A stretch of DNA of 64,000 nucleotides. Source: an uncultured Chloroflexia bacterium (lineage in GTDB: Bacteria; Chloroflexota; Limnocylindria; QHBO01). The stretch is taken from assembly GCA_963814375.1 (NCBI GenBank), contig CAWFCQ010000002.1, forward strand, positions 64,001 to 128,000, in the 5' to 3' direction. Position 1 is the first letter of the stretch; each line of letters begins with the position of its first letter. The notes beneath the pieces are model-generated. The model had not been told where the DNA came from. It did not search any database and worked only from the letters and a program-made list of their open reading frames with translations. Below, piece by piece: positions 10,508 to 20,952 of this stretch. Both the position numbers and the translations under genes were made by a program.

Positions 10508-11512
10508 ATGACCGCCACCGTGCCGCCGGGCACCGACCTGCCCGACGAGAGCCAGACGCAGGTCATTCGCCGCAAGGTCGCCATCATCGGATCGGGCCCC
10601 GCCGGCCTGACGGCGGCGATCTACGCCGGGCGCGCCAACCTCGAGCCGATCGTGATCGCCGGCAACGTCCCCATGGGCCAGCTCATGATCACGTCGGACG
10701 TCGAGAACTACCCCGCCTTCCCGGACGGCATCCAGGGGCCGGAGCTGATGCAGCTGTTCCGCCAGCAGGCGGAGCGATTCGGCGCCACCCTGCTCGAGCG
10801 CGACGCGACCCGCGTGGACCTCGGCTCGCGACCCTTCGGGATCTGGGCCGGCGAGACGGAGATCCGCGCCGATGCGGTGATCGTCGCCACCGGCGCATCG
10901 GCCCTCTGGCTCGGCCTTCCATCGGAGGAGGAGTTCCGCGGGCGGGGAGTCTCCGCCTGCGCCACCTGCGACGGCTTCTTCTTCCGAGGTCGCGAGATCG
11001 CCGTGGTCGGCGGCGGCGACACCGCGCTCGAGGAGGCGACCTTCCTGACCCGCTTCGCCGACAAGGTCACCATGCTCGTCCGCCGCGAGGAGTTCCGCGG
11101 CAGCAAGATCATGCAGGACCGCGCGATGGCCAACGACAAGATCGACGTCGTGTGGAACACCGAGGTCATCGAGGTGCGTGGCGACATGACCGTCAGCTCG
11201 CTCATGCTCCGCGACACCGTGACCGGCGAGGAGCGCGAGATGGCCACCCAGGGCCTCTTCATCGCGATCGGCTACAAGCCGAACACCGACCTCTTCGCCG
11301 GGCAGCTCGAGATCGGGCCGGGCGGCTACCTCGAGGTGGTCGGCGAGACCGGCTCGAAGGTCGAGGGCGTCTTCATCGCCGGCGACGTGCACGACCACCA
11401 CTACCGCCAGGCGGTGACGGCCGCCGGCGACGGCTGCAAGGCAGCCATCGATGCTGAGCGCTGGCTGGCATCGGTCGGCGAGATCGAGGCCTCGACCGCC
11501 ACGAACTGGTGA
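10508..11512 (+). CDS. trxB: Thioredoxin-disulfide reductase
   Basis: IIGSGPAG, SACATCDG, GGGDTALEEA, YRQAVTAAG. Confidence 0.97.
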   Translation: MTATVPPGTDLPDESQTQVIRRKVAIIGSGPAGLTAAIYAGRANLEPIVIAGNVPMGQLMITSDVENYPAFPDGIQGPELMQLFRQQAERFGATLLERDATRVDLGSRPFGIWAGETEIRADAVIVATGASALWLGLPSEEEFRGRGVSACATCDGFFFRGREIAVVGGGDTALEEATFLTRFADKVTMLVRREEFRGSKIMQDRAMANDKIDVVWNTEVIEVRGDMTVSSLMLRDTVTGEEREMATQGLFIAIGYKPNTDLFAGQLEIGPGGYLEVVGETGSKVEGVFIAGDVHDHHYRQAVTAAGDGCKAAIDAERWLASVGEIEASTATNW

Positions 11513-11541
11513 TGCGCCCGCTCTGATCGGCGCGCCCGCAG

Positions 11542-11568
11542 GGGGTCGTTGACTACACTAACGACCCC
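11542..11568. promoter_or_regulatory. 9-bp inverted repeat enclosing a TACACT -10 (operator or terminator)
   Basis: GGGGTCGTT-GACTACACT-AACGACCCC between trxB and the S9 peptidase. Confidence 0.45.
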
Positions 11569-11591
11569 ACCAGCAGGAGACCGATCGACCG

Positions 11592-13724
11592 ATGGCCGCC
11601 CGCGCCCCGCGCCCCGAGGACCTCTACGACCTCCGCGTCCCGACCGACATCGCGCTCTCGCCCGACGGCCGCTTCGTCGCCTTCAGCGTCAAGAGCGTGG
11701 CGCCCGGCAAGGACGGCTACCGCACCTCGCTCTGGCTCGCGCCATCCGACGGCAGCGCCCCTGCGCGGCAGCTGACGGTTGGAAGCAAGAACGACGCGAG
11801 CCCACGCTGGAGCCCGGACAGCCGCCAGATCGCGTTCCTCTCCGATCGTGGATCCGTGCTCCAGGCCGGCGGCGGCGGTGCCAAGCCCGGCAAGGCCGAG
11901 GCGCCCAAGGAGGGCGGCAACCAGGTCTGGCTCCTTCCCTTCGCCGATGGCGGGGAGGCGCGCCAGCTCACCGACCTGCCGAAGGACGTCGAGGGGATCT
12001 CGTGGTCGCCCGACGGCCGACGGCTCGCGATCGTCAGCACCGCCGACTCGCTCGAGCCCGCCAGCAAGCCAGAGCGGAAGCCCGGGGACCCGCCCGCACC
12101 CGACACGCGCCTGATCGACACGCTCGCCTACGAGTTCAACGGCATGGGCTTCGTCAACGAGCGCTTCACGCGCCTGTGGACCGTCGAGGTGGCGAGTGGC
12201 ACCACCGAGCTGCTGACGCGCGGCGACCACCACGACGGCGATCCGCAGTGGTCGCCCGATGGCCGGCAGGTCGCGTTCGTCTCCGACCGTCACCCGAACC
12301 CGGACCTCGGCTGGCGCAGCGACATCTATCTCGTCGACATGAGGACGAAGGCGGTCCGGCAGCTGTCTCCCGGTCGAGGTCGCCAGGCGTGGGGAGCCCC
12401 GGCCTGGTCGCCGGACGGCCGCTGGATCGCCGCGATCGGCAGCCGGGACTGGCGGCGCGGTGAGCTGAACCAGCCATCGGTCTGGCGTATCCGCGTGCGC
12501 GATGGGACTGCGGAAGACCTCATCGGGGCCGCGGACCTCGAGGCTGCGCCCGGCATGAACAGCGACCTGGTGGGTGGCGCGGTCAGCCGTCCGGGCTGGA
12601 TGGCAGATGGCCGCTGGGTCGTGTTCGGCGCGCCCGTGGACGGCTCGCTCGAGCTCTGGCGCGTCGAGGTCGACGGTGGACGCGTCGAGCGCCTCACTCG
12701 CGATCGGCATTACCTGAGCCGCACCGACCTCGTGGCACTCCCGCGCGGCGGCGCGCGGATCGCCACGTCGCGCGCGACGGCGACGCGGGCTCCGGACGTG
12801 GTCGTCGGCGACGTGCCGCCGGGTCGCATCGCGGCGGATGCCAGCATCGGCCTCCGCCAGGTGAGCGACCTGATGGGGGATACGTGGGGAGACGTCCGCC
12901 TGGTGACGCCGGTCGAGCGCTGGCACGAGGTGGACGGTCGCCGGATCCAGGGCTGGTTCTACGAGGCTCCGTCGAGCACGCGCCGCCGGCCCGCCCCGGT
13001 CGTGCTCCAGATCCACGGCGGCCCGGCCACGCTGTACGGCTGGTCGCTGATGTGGGAGTGGCAGCAGCTGGCGGCATCCGGGATCAGCGTCTACGCCTGC
13101 AATCCACGCGGCTCGCAGGGCTATGGGCAGTCCTTCCTCACCGCGAACGTGCGAGATTGGGGCGACGGCCCGATGGACGACGTCATGGCCGGGCTCGACT
13201 CGCTCATCGCCGACGGGCTGGTCGACGGCGACCGCATGGGAGTCACCGGCGGCTCGTACGGCGGCTACCTCACCTCCTGGATCGTCGGTCACACGGATCG
13301 ATTCAAGGCGGCGGTGACATGCCGGTCGGTGAACGATCTCATCAGCCAGATGCTCTCCGGCGACATCGGCGGGCCGACGTTCGGCCTGTACGAGTACGGC
13401 GTCCATCCGTGGGAGGACTGGGACCTGTACCACCGGCACTCGCCGCTCACATACGCGACGCAGGTGACCACGCCGCTGCTCATCCAACATGCGGAGAAGG
13501 ACCTGCGCTGCACGATCACCCAGGCGGAGGAGCTGTTCGCCGTCCTCCGCTCGCTGCGCAAGACGGTTCGCCTGATGCGGACGCCGGACGAGTCGCACGA
13601 GCTCACCCGATCCGGGACGCCGTTCCGTCGGGTCGACAACCTGCGCCTCATCGACGAGTGGTTCCGCCACTTCCTGGTCGAGGGCAAGACCCGGCTGCCG
13701 AAGGTGGATCCGAAGCGCGGATGA
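11592..13724 (+). CDS. S9C family peptidase (acylaminoacyl peptidase-like)
   Basis: WSPDG propeller repeats, IHGGP, GGSYGG nucleophile, D-x-R, ESH. Confidence 0.95.
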   Translation: MAARAPRPEDLYDLRVPTDIALSPDGRFVAFSVKSVAPGKDGYRTSLWLAPSDGSAPARQLTVGSKNDASPRWSPDSRQIAFLSDRGSVLQAGGGGAKPGKAEAPKEGGNQVWLLPFADGGEARQLTDLPKDVEGISWSPDGRRLAIVSTADSLEPASKPERKPGDPPAPDTRLIDTLAYEFNGMGFVNERFTRLWTVEVASGTTELLTRGDHHDGDPQWSPDGRQVAFVSDRHPNPDLGWRSDIYLVDMRTKAVRQLSPGRGRQAWGAPAWSPDGRWIAAIGSRDWRRGELNQPSVWRIRVRDGTAEDLIGAADLEAAPGMNSDLVGGAVSRPGWMADGRWVVFGAPVDGSLELWRVEVDGGRVERLTRDRHYLSRTDLVALPRGGARIATSRATATRAPDVVVGDVPPGRIAADASIGLRQVSDLMGDTWGDVRLVTPVERWHEVDGRRIQGWFYEAPSSTRRRPAPVVLQIHGGPATLYGWSLMWEWQQLAASGISVYACNPRGSQGYGQSFLTANVRDWGDGPMDDVMAGLDSLIADGLVDGDRMGVTGGSYGGYLTSWIVGHTDRFKAAVTCRSVNDLISQMLSGDIGGPTFGLYEYGVHPWEDWDLYHRHSPLTYATQVTTPLLIQHAEKDLRCTITQAEELFAVLRSLRKTVRLMRTPDESHELTRSGTPFRRVDNLRLIDEWFRHFLVEGKTRLPKVDPKRG

Positions 13725-15280
13725 CGTCGCCTGACTTCGTCGCGACCCTGAACGAGGCATACGCGTTCGAAGAGCCGTCCGTCACCTTCGGCTCGGCCAT
13801 GCGGGGCGACGAGGCCGTGCCGGCGGTCCAGGTCCGCGCGCCCTTGGCCATGCTCAACCGCCATGGGCTGGTGGCCGGCGCGACCGGCACCGGCAAGACG
13901 AAGACGCTCCAGGTCCTCGCCGAGCAGCTGAGCGACGCAGGCGTGCCGGTCTTCATCAGCGACATCAAGGGCGATATCAGCGGCCTCGTCGCACCTGCCG
14001 AGCTCAACGACAAGATCAGCGGTCGTGCCACGGCCATCGGTTTCGCCGACTATGCGCCGAAGGCGTTCCCGGTCGAATTCCTGACCCTGGATCGCGAGGG
14101 GAAGGGGGTGCGCCTGCGCGCATCGGTCAGCAGCTTCGGGCCGATCCTGCTGGCCAAGGTGCTCGACCTGAACGAGACACAGCAGTCGGTGCTGTCGCTC
14201 GTCTTCAAGTACAGCGACGACAAGCAGCTGCCACTCGTGAATCTCGAGGACCTGCGGGCGCTGCTCAACCACCTGAGCTCGGACGAGGGCAAGGCCGAGA
14301 TGGCCGAGTACGGCGGGGTCGCCACGGCCACCGCCGGGGTCATCATCCGCAAGATCGTCGAGCTCGAGCAGCAGGAGGCCGATGCGTTCTTCGGCTCGCC
14401 TGAGTTCGACGTCGACGACTTCCTGCGCCTGACCGACGACGGCCGCGGCGTCATCAGCGTGCTCGAGCTGGCCGAGATGCAGGATCGGCCCGCGCTGTTC
14501 AGCACGTTCATGATGTGGCTCCTCGCGTCGCTGTACGAGTCGCTGCCCGAGGTCGGGGATCCGGAGAAGCCGAAGCTCGTCTTCTTCTTCGACGAGGCGC
14601 ACCTGCTGTTCCGCGACGCGAGCAAGACATTCATGCAGCAGGTCGAGCTCGTGGCGCGGCTCATCCGATCGAAGGGGGTCGGCGTCTTCTTCGTCACGCA
14701 CTCGCCATCGGACGTCCCGGCCGAAGTGCTCGGCCAGCTCGGCAACCGCGTGCAGCACGCGCTGCGCGCCTTCACGCCGAAGGACCTCGAGACGGTGCGT
14801 GCCACCGCCGACACGTTCCCGACCACCGAGCTGTACGACGTCGCCGAGGAGCTGACCGCCCTCGGCACGGGCGAGGCGCTCATCACCGCGCTCGATCTCA
14901 AGGGCAGGCCGATGCCGACGGTGCGGACCATGATGCGACCGCCCATGTCGCTCATGGCGCAGGTCGAGCCGGCCGCCTTCGACGCCGCCGTGGCCGAGTC
15001 CAAGATCGCGGCGACCTACGCCGCCGACACCGACCCCGAATCGGCCAAGGAGCTGCTCGCCGCGCGCATGACCCGCGCAACCGAGGCCGCGAAGGAGCCG
15101 ATGGAGGGCGTCCGCGATCCCGAGACGCCCGACGAGCGACGGATGCGGCCGACGCGTGCCCCGGAGCGCGGTACCGATTGGGGCAAGGTCGCCACCGAGG
15201 GATCGCGCGTGCTGCGCTCCGGGACGTTCAACACCATCCTGCGCACGATCTTCGGCATCCTCGGCGGCAAGTCCCGGTAA
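13721..15280 (+). CDS. HerA-like ATPase (DUF853/YjgR family)
   Basis: NRHGLVAGATGTGKTKT, FFFDEAHLLF, RSKGVGVFF, QHALRAFTP; ATGA coupling. Confidence 0.93.
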   Translation: MTSPDFVATLNEAYAFEEPSVTFGSAMRGDEAVPAVQVRAPLAMLNRHGLVAGATGTGKTKTLQVLAEQLSDAGVPVFISDIKGDISGLVAPAELNDKISGRATAIGFADYAPKAFPVEFLTLDREGKGVRLRASVSSFGPILLAKVLDLNETQQSVLSLVFKYSDDKQLPLVNLEDLRALLNHLSSDEGKAEMAEYGGVATATAGVIIRKIVELEQQEADAFFGSPEFDVDDFLRLTDDGRGVISVLELAEMQDRPALFSTFMMWLLASLYESLPEVGDPEKPKLVFFFDEAHLLFRDASKTFMQQVELVARLIRSKGVGVFFVTHSPSDVPAEVLGQLGNRVQHALRAFTPKDLETVRATADTFPTTELYDVAEELTALGTGEALITALDLKGRPMPTVRTMMRPPMSLMAQVEPAAFDAAVAESKIAATYAADTDPESAKELLAARMTRATEAAKEPMEGVRDPETPDERRMRPTRAPERGTDWGKVATEGSRVLRSGTFNTILRTIFGILGGKSR

Positions 15281-15329
15281 GCCATCGGTCTTCCATGCGA
15301 GGACGGGCGGGCGTAGACTCGACGCCCGG

Positions 15330-15393
15330 GCCGCCCGGAACGCGCCGGTCACTCCTCCGGACCGGCGGCTGGGCGGCACGACGGATCGGGAGG
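15330..15393 (+). promoter_or_regulatory. Structured 5' UTR (hairpin with anti-SD loop)
   Basis: GCCGCCC/GGGCGGC and GCCGGTC/GACCGGC stems; loop ACTCCTCCG can pair with GGGAGG SD; TAGACT -10 at 15314. Confidence 0.35.
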
Positions 15394-15399
15394 TGTCCC

Positions 15400-15807
15400 A
15401 TGCGCGCGTTCATCGTTGAGCTCGAAGACAAGCCGGGCCAGCTGGCCGATCTCGGGGATGCGCTCGGCGAGCGCGGGATCAACATCAGCGGGGTAGCCGG
15501 CTCCACCTGGGACGGCAATGGCGCCATCGCCATCATCACCAACGACGACGCCGGGACGCGATCGGTGCTCGAGGATCGCGACGCCGACTACCGCGACGTC
15601 GAGGTGGTTTCCGTGGGTCTCGAGGACAAGCCCGGCGCGCTCGGCGCGGCGGCGCGTCGCCTCGCCGACCGCGGGATCAACATCGCGCTGATCATGCCGA
15701 CGGGCATGCAGGGCTCGCGGATCACGGTAGCCCTCGGTGTCGACGACGCGGCCGGCGCGCGCGAGGCGCTCGGCGATCTCGCCGCCACCGGCGCGCAGGC
15801 GCTCTAG
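15400..15807 (+). CDS. Tandem ACT-domain protein
   Basis: Two LEDKPG..L...L..RGINI repeats; GGAGGT RBS. Confidence 0.88.
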   Translation: MRAFIVELEDKPGQLADLGDALGERGINISGVAGSTWDGNGAIAIITNDDAGTRSVLEDRDADYRDVEVVSVGLEDKPGALGAAARRLADRGINIALIMPTGMQGSRITVALGVDDAAGAREALGDLAATGAQAL

Positions 15808-16556
15808 GCCCGGCCCAGCGCCTCTCTCGCGATTCGGGGCACGTCGGTGACGAAGCCCCACAGGCCGAGCGCCGCCAGGTGCTGCATCCGCTCGGGGTCG
15901 TTGATGACGTAGCAGCCGATCTCGCGGCCGAAGGCCTGCGCCTTGGCGATGATCGGGAGGGGATCGATTCCGAGATCACCCTCCCACGGAAGCACGCCGG
16001 TGTGCCCGTGCTCGGTGGCCCAGACCAGCGCAGGCTCGATCGGCTGGGATGGGACGAGCAGATACCCGGTCTTGATGTCGGGCTCGCGCTCTCGGACGCG
16101 CTCGATGGCGGCCTCGTCGAAGCTGATCACGCTGAGCCTGCCGTCGGAGCGAACGGCGTGGGAAGCCACCGCATCCACGACCGCGTCGGCCGCGGCCCGC
16201 GCCTTGATCTCGACCACCAGCCCCGCGGTCGCGGGTAGCCAGTCGAGCACCTCGTCCAGCGTCGGGACGGTCAGGCCGCGTCCGGCAAACGGATGGCCCG
16301 AGTCATCCGGGCGCGAGAAGGTCGCGCCCGCATCGGCCTCGCGAATCTCCGCCATGGTGAGATCGGCGATCCGCCCGGTGCGATCGGTGGTGCGGTCGAG
16401 CGTCTCGTCGTGGATGACGGCGAGCTGGCCGTCGGCGGTGAGATGGACGTCGAGCTCGATCGCATCGGCGCCGGCCTCCAGCCCGAGCCGGAAGGACTCC
16501 ATCGTGTTCTCCGGCGCCTCGGCGGCCGCCCCGCGATGCCCGACGATGATCGTCAT
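15804..16556 (-). CDS. Glycerophosphodiester phosphodiesterase family protein
   Basis: GHRGA..APENT, IELDVHLTADG, HDETLDRTT. Confidence 0.92.
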   Translation of the reverse strand: MTIIVGHRGAAAEAPENTMESFRLGLEAGADAIELDVHLTADGQLAVIHDETLDRTTDRTGRIADLTMAEIREADAGATFSRPDDSGHPFAGRGLTVPTLDEVLDWLPATAGLVVEIKARAAADAVVDAVASHAVRSDGRLSVISFDEAAIERVREREPDIKTGYLLVPSQPIEPALVWATEHGHTGVLPWEGDLGIDPLPIIAKAQAFGREIGCYVINDPERMQHLAALGLWGFVTDVPRIAREALGRA

Positions 16557-17881
16557 GCGGCCATCCCCTCGACCAGCGCCTCGGCGGCGCGCTCCTCGTT
16601 GTCGGCCTCGCCCTCGGGCACGCCACGCAGGATCCAGACGCCGACGAGGAGGAGGACGAAGAGCGAGGCGATCGCGATCTGGTAGGCGGCCGTGTCGAGC
16701 GAACCGACCAGCGTCGAGACGATGACGCCGTAGAGGATCGGCCCGACGACCGCGCTGAACTTCCCGACCAGCCCGTAGAGACCGAACATCTCGCCCACCC
16801 GCTCGGGCGGTGTGAGCCGGAGCAGCATGAGCCGATCCACGACGCCGACTCCTCCGAGGCCCGCCCCGCACAGCGCCCCTCCGATGAGGAACGGCACGGT
16901 CGACAGGAAGAGGGCGAGGACGGTGAGACCGGCTGCCCACGCGGCAAGGACGGCGAAGAGGGTGCGACGCGGGCCCCAGCGGTCGGCGAGGTAGCCCCAG
17001 CCGAAGCTGGCGAACACCGCCACGACGGTCAGGAGCAGGAGCACCTGGAGCGCCTCGCCCTCGGTGAAGCCGACGGCGAAGACCGCGAAAGCGCTCATCA
17101 CAGCGATCGCCGTGTTGACCGGGTCGGAGTAGAAGAAGCGGGCAACGATGAACCGTAAGAGCCCGGGCGACTCCCGCGCATGCCGGACGGTCGTGCCCAG
17201 CTGTGCCCAGGAACGAGCGGCATCGGCGGCGCTGAACGGCGTTCCGGGGCGGTCGCGCTCGCTGACGAGGAGAAACAGCGGGGCGGCGAAGAGGAGGAAG
17301 AGCCCGCCGACGAGCGCGAACGTCGCGGCGGTCGTCTCGCCATCGGCGTCGGCGCTGACCCCGGCGAGGAGGAGCGCGCCGACGAGAAGGGTGCCGCAGT
17401 AGCCGAGCCCGACCCCGATGCCGGAGAGGCGTCCACGCGCGATCGGCCGCGCGACGTCGGGCAGGAGGGCGTCGTAGTAGATGAGCGCCGCCTGGTAGGC
17501 GAAGTTGGCGATCGCGAAGGCAACCAGCCCCAGCCGGATGTCGACGAAGCCGATAACGACCGTCCCGACGATGCACAGCGCGGTGAAGAAGGCGAGAAAC
17601 GGCTTGCGGCGGCCAACCCGGTCGCTCATCGCGCCGAGGATCGGCGAGACGGCCGCATTGATGAGGACCGATACGCTCAACGCCGCGGTGAACCAGAAGG
17701 TGCCGTCGGCCTCGCCCAGGAATCGAATCGCCCACAGGCTCATGGCGAAGCTCACGACCGCGAAGCTGAAGATCGTGTTGGCGAGGTCGTAAAGCGCCCA
17801 CGCCAGCGCCTCGATCGCCGATCCGGTCCGCGTCAGGGCGCCGAGACCGCGCCACCAGCCGGCCGGGGCGAGGACGGTCAT
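16553..17881 (-). CDS. MFS transporter (UMF1-like)
   Basis: AWALYDLAN, GAMSDRVGRRK, about 12 TM helices. Confidence 0.9.
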   Translation of the reverse strand: MTVLAPAGWWRGLGALTRTGSAIEALAWALYDLANTIFSFAVVSFAMSLWAIRFLGEADGTFWFTAALSVSVLINAAVSPILGAMSDRVGRRKPFLAFFTALCIVGTVVIGFVDIRLGLVAFAIANFAYQAALIYYDALLPDVARPIARGRLSGIGVGLGYCGTLLVGALLLAGVSADADGETTAATFALVGGLFLLFAAPLFLLVSERDRPGTPFSAADAARSWAQLGTTVRHARESPGLLRFIVARFFYSDPVNTAIAVMSAFAVFAVGFTEGEALQVLLLLTVVAVFASFGWGYLADRWGPRRTLFAVLAAWAAGLTVLALFLSTVPFLIGGALCGAGLGGVGVVDRLMLLRLTPPERVGEMFGLYGLVGKFSAVVGPILYGVIVSTLVGSLDTAAYQIAIASLFVLLLVGVWILRGVPEGEADNEERAAEALVEGMAA

Positions 17882-18175
17882 CGGCTCGATATGCGGCGCT
17901 TCACGCTCGCGATCATAGCGGTGGCGCTCGAGGCGTCGCGATTCATCGCGGCCGATGCACCAGAGGGCGGATGGAGGTGCGGTTCTCGTGATCTTTCGCG
18001 GCCCGACCCGCACGAGCGGCGCCTCCGGGTGTACCTCAGGCGTGCCAGCTCGCGATCGATCGCGGGAACGCAACCCAACGACACGTTCTGGTGATGATGG
18101 CGCGAAAAATCGCGAAGTCCGTGGTCGCGGTAAAGTCTCGGAAACGACCCGCCACCCGAGCGAAGAACTCCACCA

Positions 18176-20671
18176 ATGCGCCGCCCCCTCATCCTCACCG
18201 CTTTCCTCGCCATGCTCGCCGCCACGTGGCTCGCGCTGCGCGGGGGCGGCGGCTCCGACGCGCCACCGTATCCGGCCGATCCGCCCGTTGAGCCGGAGCC
18301 GCAGCTGTCCACCGTCCACAACGGAGGTTTCGCCGCTCTGGGCCGGGCGACCTATCGGCATCGGCGCTGGTTGCCGGTCGCCGGGCTGGCCGTCGTCATC
18401 GGGCTAAACGTCTGGGCAGCCACCGCGGGAAGCCGTCTCAGCCAGGGCGGCTGGCAGATCGCCGGATCGGAGGCGGTCCGCGCCGAGGCGCTCCTGGCCG
18501 ATCGATTCGGAGAGCAGGCCACCAGCCTCATCGTCATCCTCACCGACCCCGACGGCGATGCGGCCTCAGCCGAGTTCCAGGGGACGGTCGCGGACGCGGT
18601 CGCGCCGCTGGCGGATGAAGCGATCGTCGACGAGATCCTCACCTACGCCGACGTCGGCGACACCTCGTTCATCAGCACCGATGGCTCTCGGACCTTCGCG
18701 GTCATCCGGCTCAACGAGGACGTGGAGGAGTCGGTCGACGATGCCGAGCATCTCGCGAGCCTTGTCGCCGCACCCGATGGCGTCGAGACGATCGTGACCG
18801 GCATCCCGCTCGTGCAGCACGAATTCAACGAGGCGGTGGAGCGGGACCTGTTCCGGGCCGAGCTCATCAGCCTGCCGGTCGCCATGCTCATCCTGTTGGC
18901 GGTGTTCGGCACGGTGGTCGGTGCGATCCTGCCGATCGTGGTTGCAGGGATCGCCCTCCCGAGCGCGATGGCCATGATCACGCTCCTCGCCGGCGTCACC
19001 GAGATGAGCATCTTCGTCACCAACGTGGCGACCATGATCGGCCTTGCATTGGCGATCGACTACTCGCTCTTCATGGTCAGCCGGTTCCGCGAGGAGCTGC
19101 GGCATCGGTCAGTGGCCGACGCGGTCGAGCACACCATGGGGACCGTCGGCAAGGCGGTGGCCATCAGCGGGATCGCCGTGGCGATCGGCCTGGCGAGCCT
19201 CACCGTCTTCGAATCGCCGGCGCTGCGCAGCATGGGGATCGGCGGCGTCGTGACCGTCCTCTCCACCCTCGTCTTCGGCCTCACCGTGCTGCCGGCGCTG
19301 CTCGGGATGCTCGGGCCTCGGGTCAACCGCCTGCGAGTGCCGATGCCCCGCGCGCTGCGGCTCATGGACGAGACCGGCGCGGCCGGCGAGGCACGCCACG
19401 GGCACGGGCTGTGGAGCCGGATCGCGCGCGCCGTGATGCGTCGGCCGATCCTCATCGCCACGCCGGTGCTCGTCATCCTGATCCTGGCCGGGCTGCCGTT
19501 CCTCCGGATCCAGCTCTCGACCGGCGGCAACCTGGACGATCTCCCGCCGTCGGAGAGCGTGAGCGGCTTCGAGATCCTCGCCGACGAGTTCCCCGGCGGT
19601 GGCGCCGACCCGATCGAGGTCGCCGTGCTGGACGACGAGCCGATCCTCGTCGACGGCGCCCTGCCGCCTGAGCAGGCGGAGGCGCTCCAGGCCTACGTCG
19701 ACGAGCTGGCGCAGATCACTGACGTGACCGAGATCGAGTCGGTCCTCAGCCCGCCGGCCGGGCTTGACGAGGCGACCTACCTTGCGCTGGCCGCGACGCC
19801 GGAGGACCAGCGGCCGCCGGAGGCGGCGGGCGTGGGCATCTATCTCGATCAGTGGATCGCCGACGACGTCGTCCGCGTCGACGTGTTCAGCTCGGCGCTC
19901 CCGGACTCGAGCGCCGGCCGTGAAGTGGTGGCCGACGTCCGGGCGGTGCCCCCGCCGGACGGGTTCGCCGAAACCTTCACCGCCGGGCTCTCGTCGCGCT
20001 CGGCCGACTTCATGGCCAGCTTCGCCGAGTCGGTGCCGTCCGCCGTCGCCGTGGTGGTCGGCGTGACGATGATCGTCCTCTTCCTGAGCTTCGGATCGGT
20101 GCTGCTGCCGATCAAGGCGGTCCTCATGAGCCTCCTCAGCATCACGGCCAGCTTCGGTGCGCTGGTCTGGATCTTCCAGGAGGGCAACATGTCGGGGGTG
20201 CTGAACTTCGAGGCCTCGGGGACGATCATCGCCTCCACGCCGATCCTCATGTTCGCGGTGCTCTTCGGCCTGAGCATGGACTACGAGATCCTGCTCCTCT
20301 CTCGGATCCGGGAGCGCTACCTGATCACCGGCGACAACACGCGAGCCGTGGCCGAGGGCATCGGTATCACCGGCGGGATCATCACCGGGGCGGCGCTCAT
20401 CATGGTCGCTGTCTTCGGCGCGTTCGCGATGTCATCGGTGATGGTGATCAAGTCGCTCGGCTTCGCCATGGCGCTCGCCGTGCTCATCGACGCCACGGTC
20501 GTGCGCGGGATCCTGGTCCCGGCCTTCATGCGCGTTATGGGCGACCTCAACTGGTGGGCGCCGCGCTGGATGCAGCGTGCCGTTGCCCGGTTGGGGCTGT
20601 ACGAGGGACCCTCGCCCGGGAACGTGCCGGCAGCTGAGGCATGGACGGGCGCCGCTCCTCAACCCGACTAG
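18176..20671 (+). CDS. MMPL family (RND-superfamily) transporter
   Basis: GLALAIDYSLFMVSRFREE, FGLSMDYEILLLSRIRE, DATVVRGILVPA, NWWAP; start uncertain. Confidence 0.93.
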   Translation: MRRPLILTAFLAMLAATWLALRGGGGSDAPPYPADPPVEPEPQLSTVHNGGFAALGRATYRHRRWLPVAGLAVVIGLNVWAATAGSRLSQGGWQIAGSEAVRAEALLADRFGEQATSLIVILTDPDGDAASAEFQGTVADAVAPLADEAIVDEILTYADVGDTSFISTDGSRTFAVIRLNEDVEESVDDAEHLASLVAAPDGVETIVTGIPLVQHEFNEAVERDLFRAELISLPVAMLILLAVFGTVVGAILPIVVAGIALPSAMAMITLLAGVTEMSIFVTNVATMIGLALAIDYSLFMVSRFREELRHRSVADAVEHTMGTVGKAVAISGIAVAIGLASLTVFESPALRSMGIGGVVTVLSTLVFGLTVLPALLGMLGPRVNRLRVPMPRALRLMDETGAAGEARHGHGLWSRIARAVMRRPILIATPVLVILILAGLPFLRIQLSTGGNLDDLPPSESVSGFEILADEFPGGGADPIEVAVLDDEPILVDGALPPEQAEALQAYVDELAQITDVTEIESVLSPPAGLDEATYLALAATPEDQRPPEAAGVGIYLDQWIADDVVRVDVFSSALPDSSAGREVVADVRAVPPPDGFAETFTAGLSSRSADFMASFAESVPSAVAVVVGVTMIVLFLSFGSVLLPIKAVLMSLLSITASFGALVWIFQEGNMSGVLNFEASGTIIASTPILMFAVLFGLSMDYEILLLSRIRERYLITGDNTRAVAEGIGITGGIITGAALIMVAVFGAFAMSSVMVIKSLGFAMALAVLIDATVVRGILVPAFMRVMGDLNWWAPRWMQRAVARLGLYEGPSPGNVPAAEAWTGAAPQPD

Positions 20672-20685
20672 GCTAGGCTCGCGCG

Positions 20686-20952
20686 GTGACCCGCGAACGC
20701 CTGGAAGCGCTGACGGACCGATGGCGCGCTCGCCACGACGCGCGAGCCGCGGGTCCCCGCCCGGTCGCCGACCCCGAGCGAGAGGCGTTGGCGGCACGGT
20801 CGTTTCCATACCGATCCGTGCGGCCTCACGAGTACGTGGCGATGCACGGCGCGGACATGATCGGCTTCACGTACGACGAGGCCCGATACGCCGATCCGGA
20901 GCTCGACGCCTGGCTGGTCGAGGTTGGACGCCTCCTGCGGGATAGCAGGTGA
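20686..20952 (+). CDS. Hypothetical protein
   Basis: TAGGCT -10 six nt upstream of GTG; GTGA-coupled to next gene. Confidence 0.65.
   Translation: MTRERLEALTDRWRARHDARAAGPRPVADPEREALAARSFPYRSVRPHEYVAMHGADMIGFTYDEARYADPELDAWLVEVGRLLRDSR

Noticed and set aside
12884-13720. N-terminal extensions on the HerA-like, GDPD, FabF-like, SRPBCC and ACT ORFs
   Set aside because: They overlap real upstream genes; coupled or RBS-supported starts lie downstream
13721-15280. HerA-based anti-phage system
   Set aside because: Motifs match the widespread DUF853/YjgR family; no nuclease or Sir2 partner adjacent
18060-18170. Possible c-di-GMP riboswitch (GGTAAA...TCG-GAAA-CGA) before the MMPL gene
   Set aside because: The GCAAA junction and second stem are absent; a GAAA hairpin alone is insufficient
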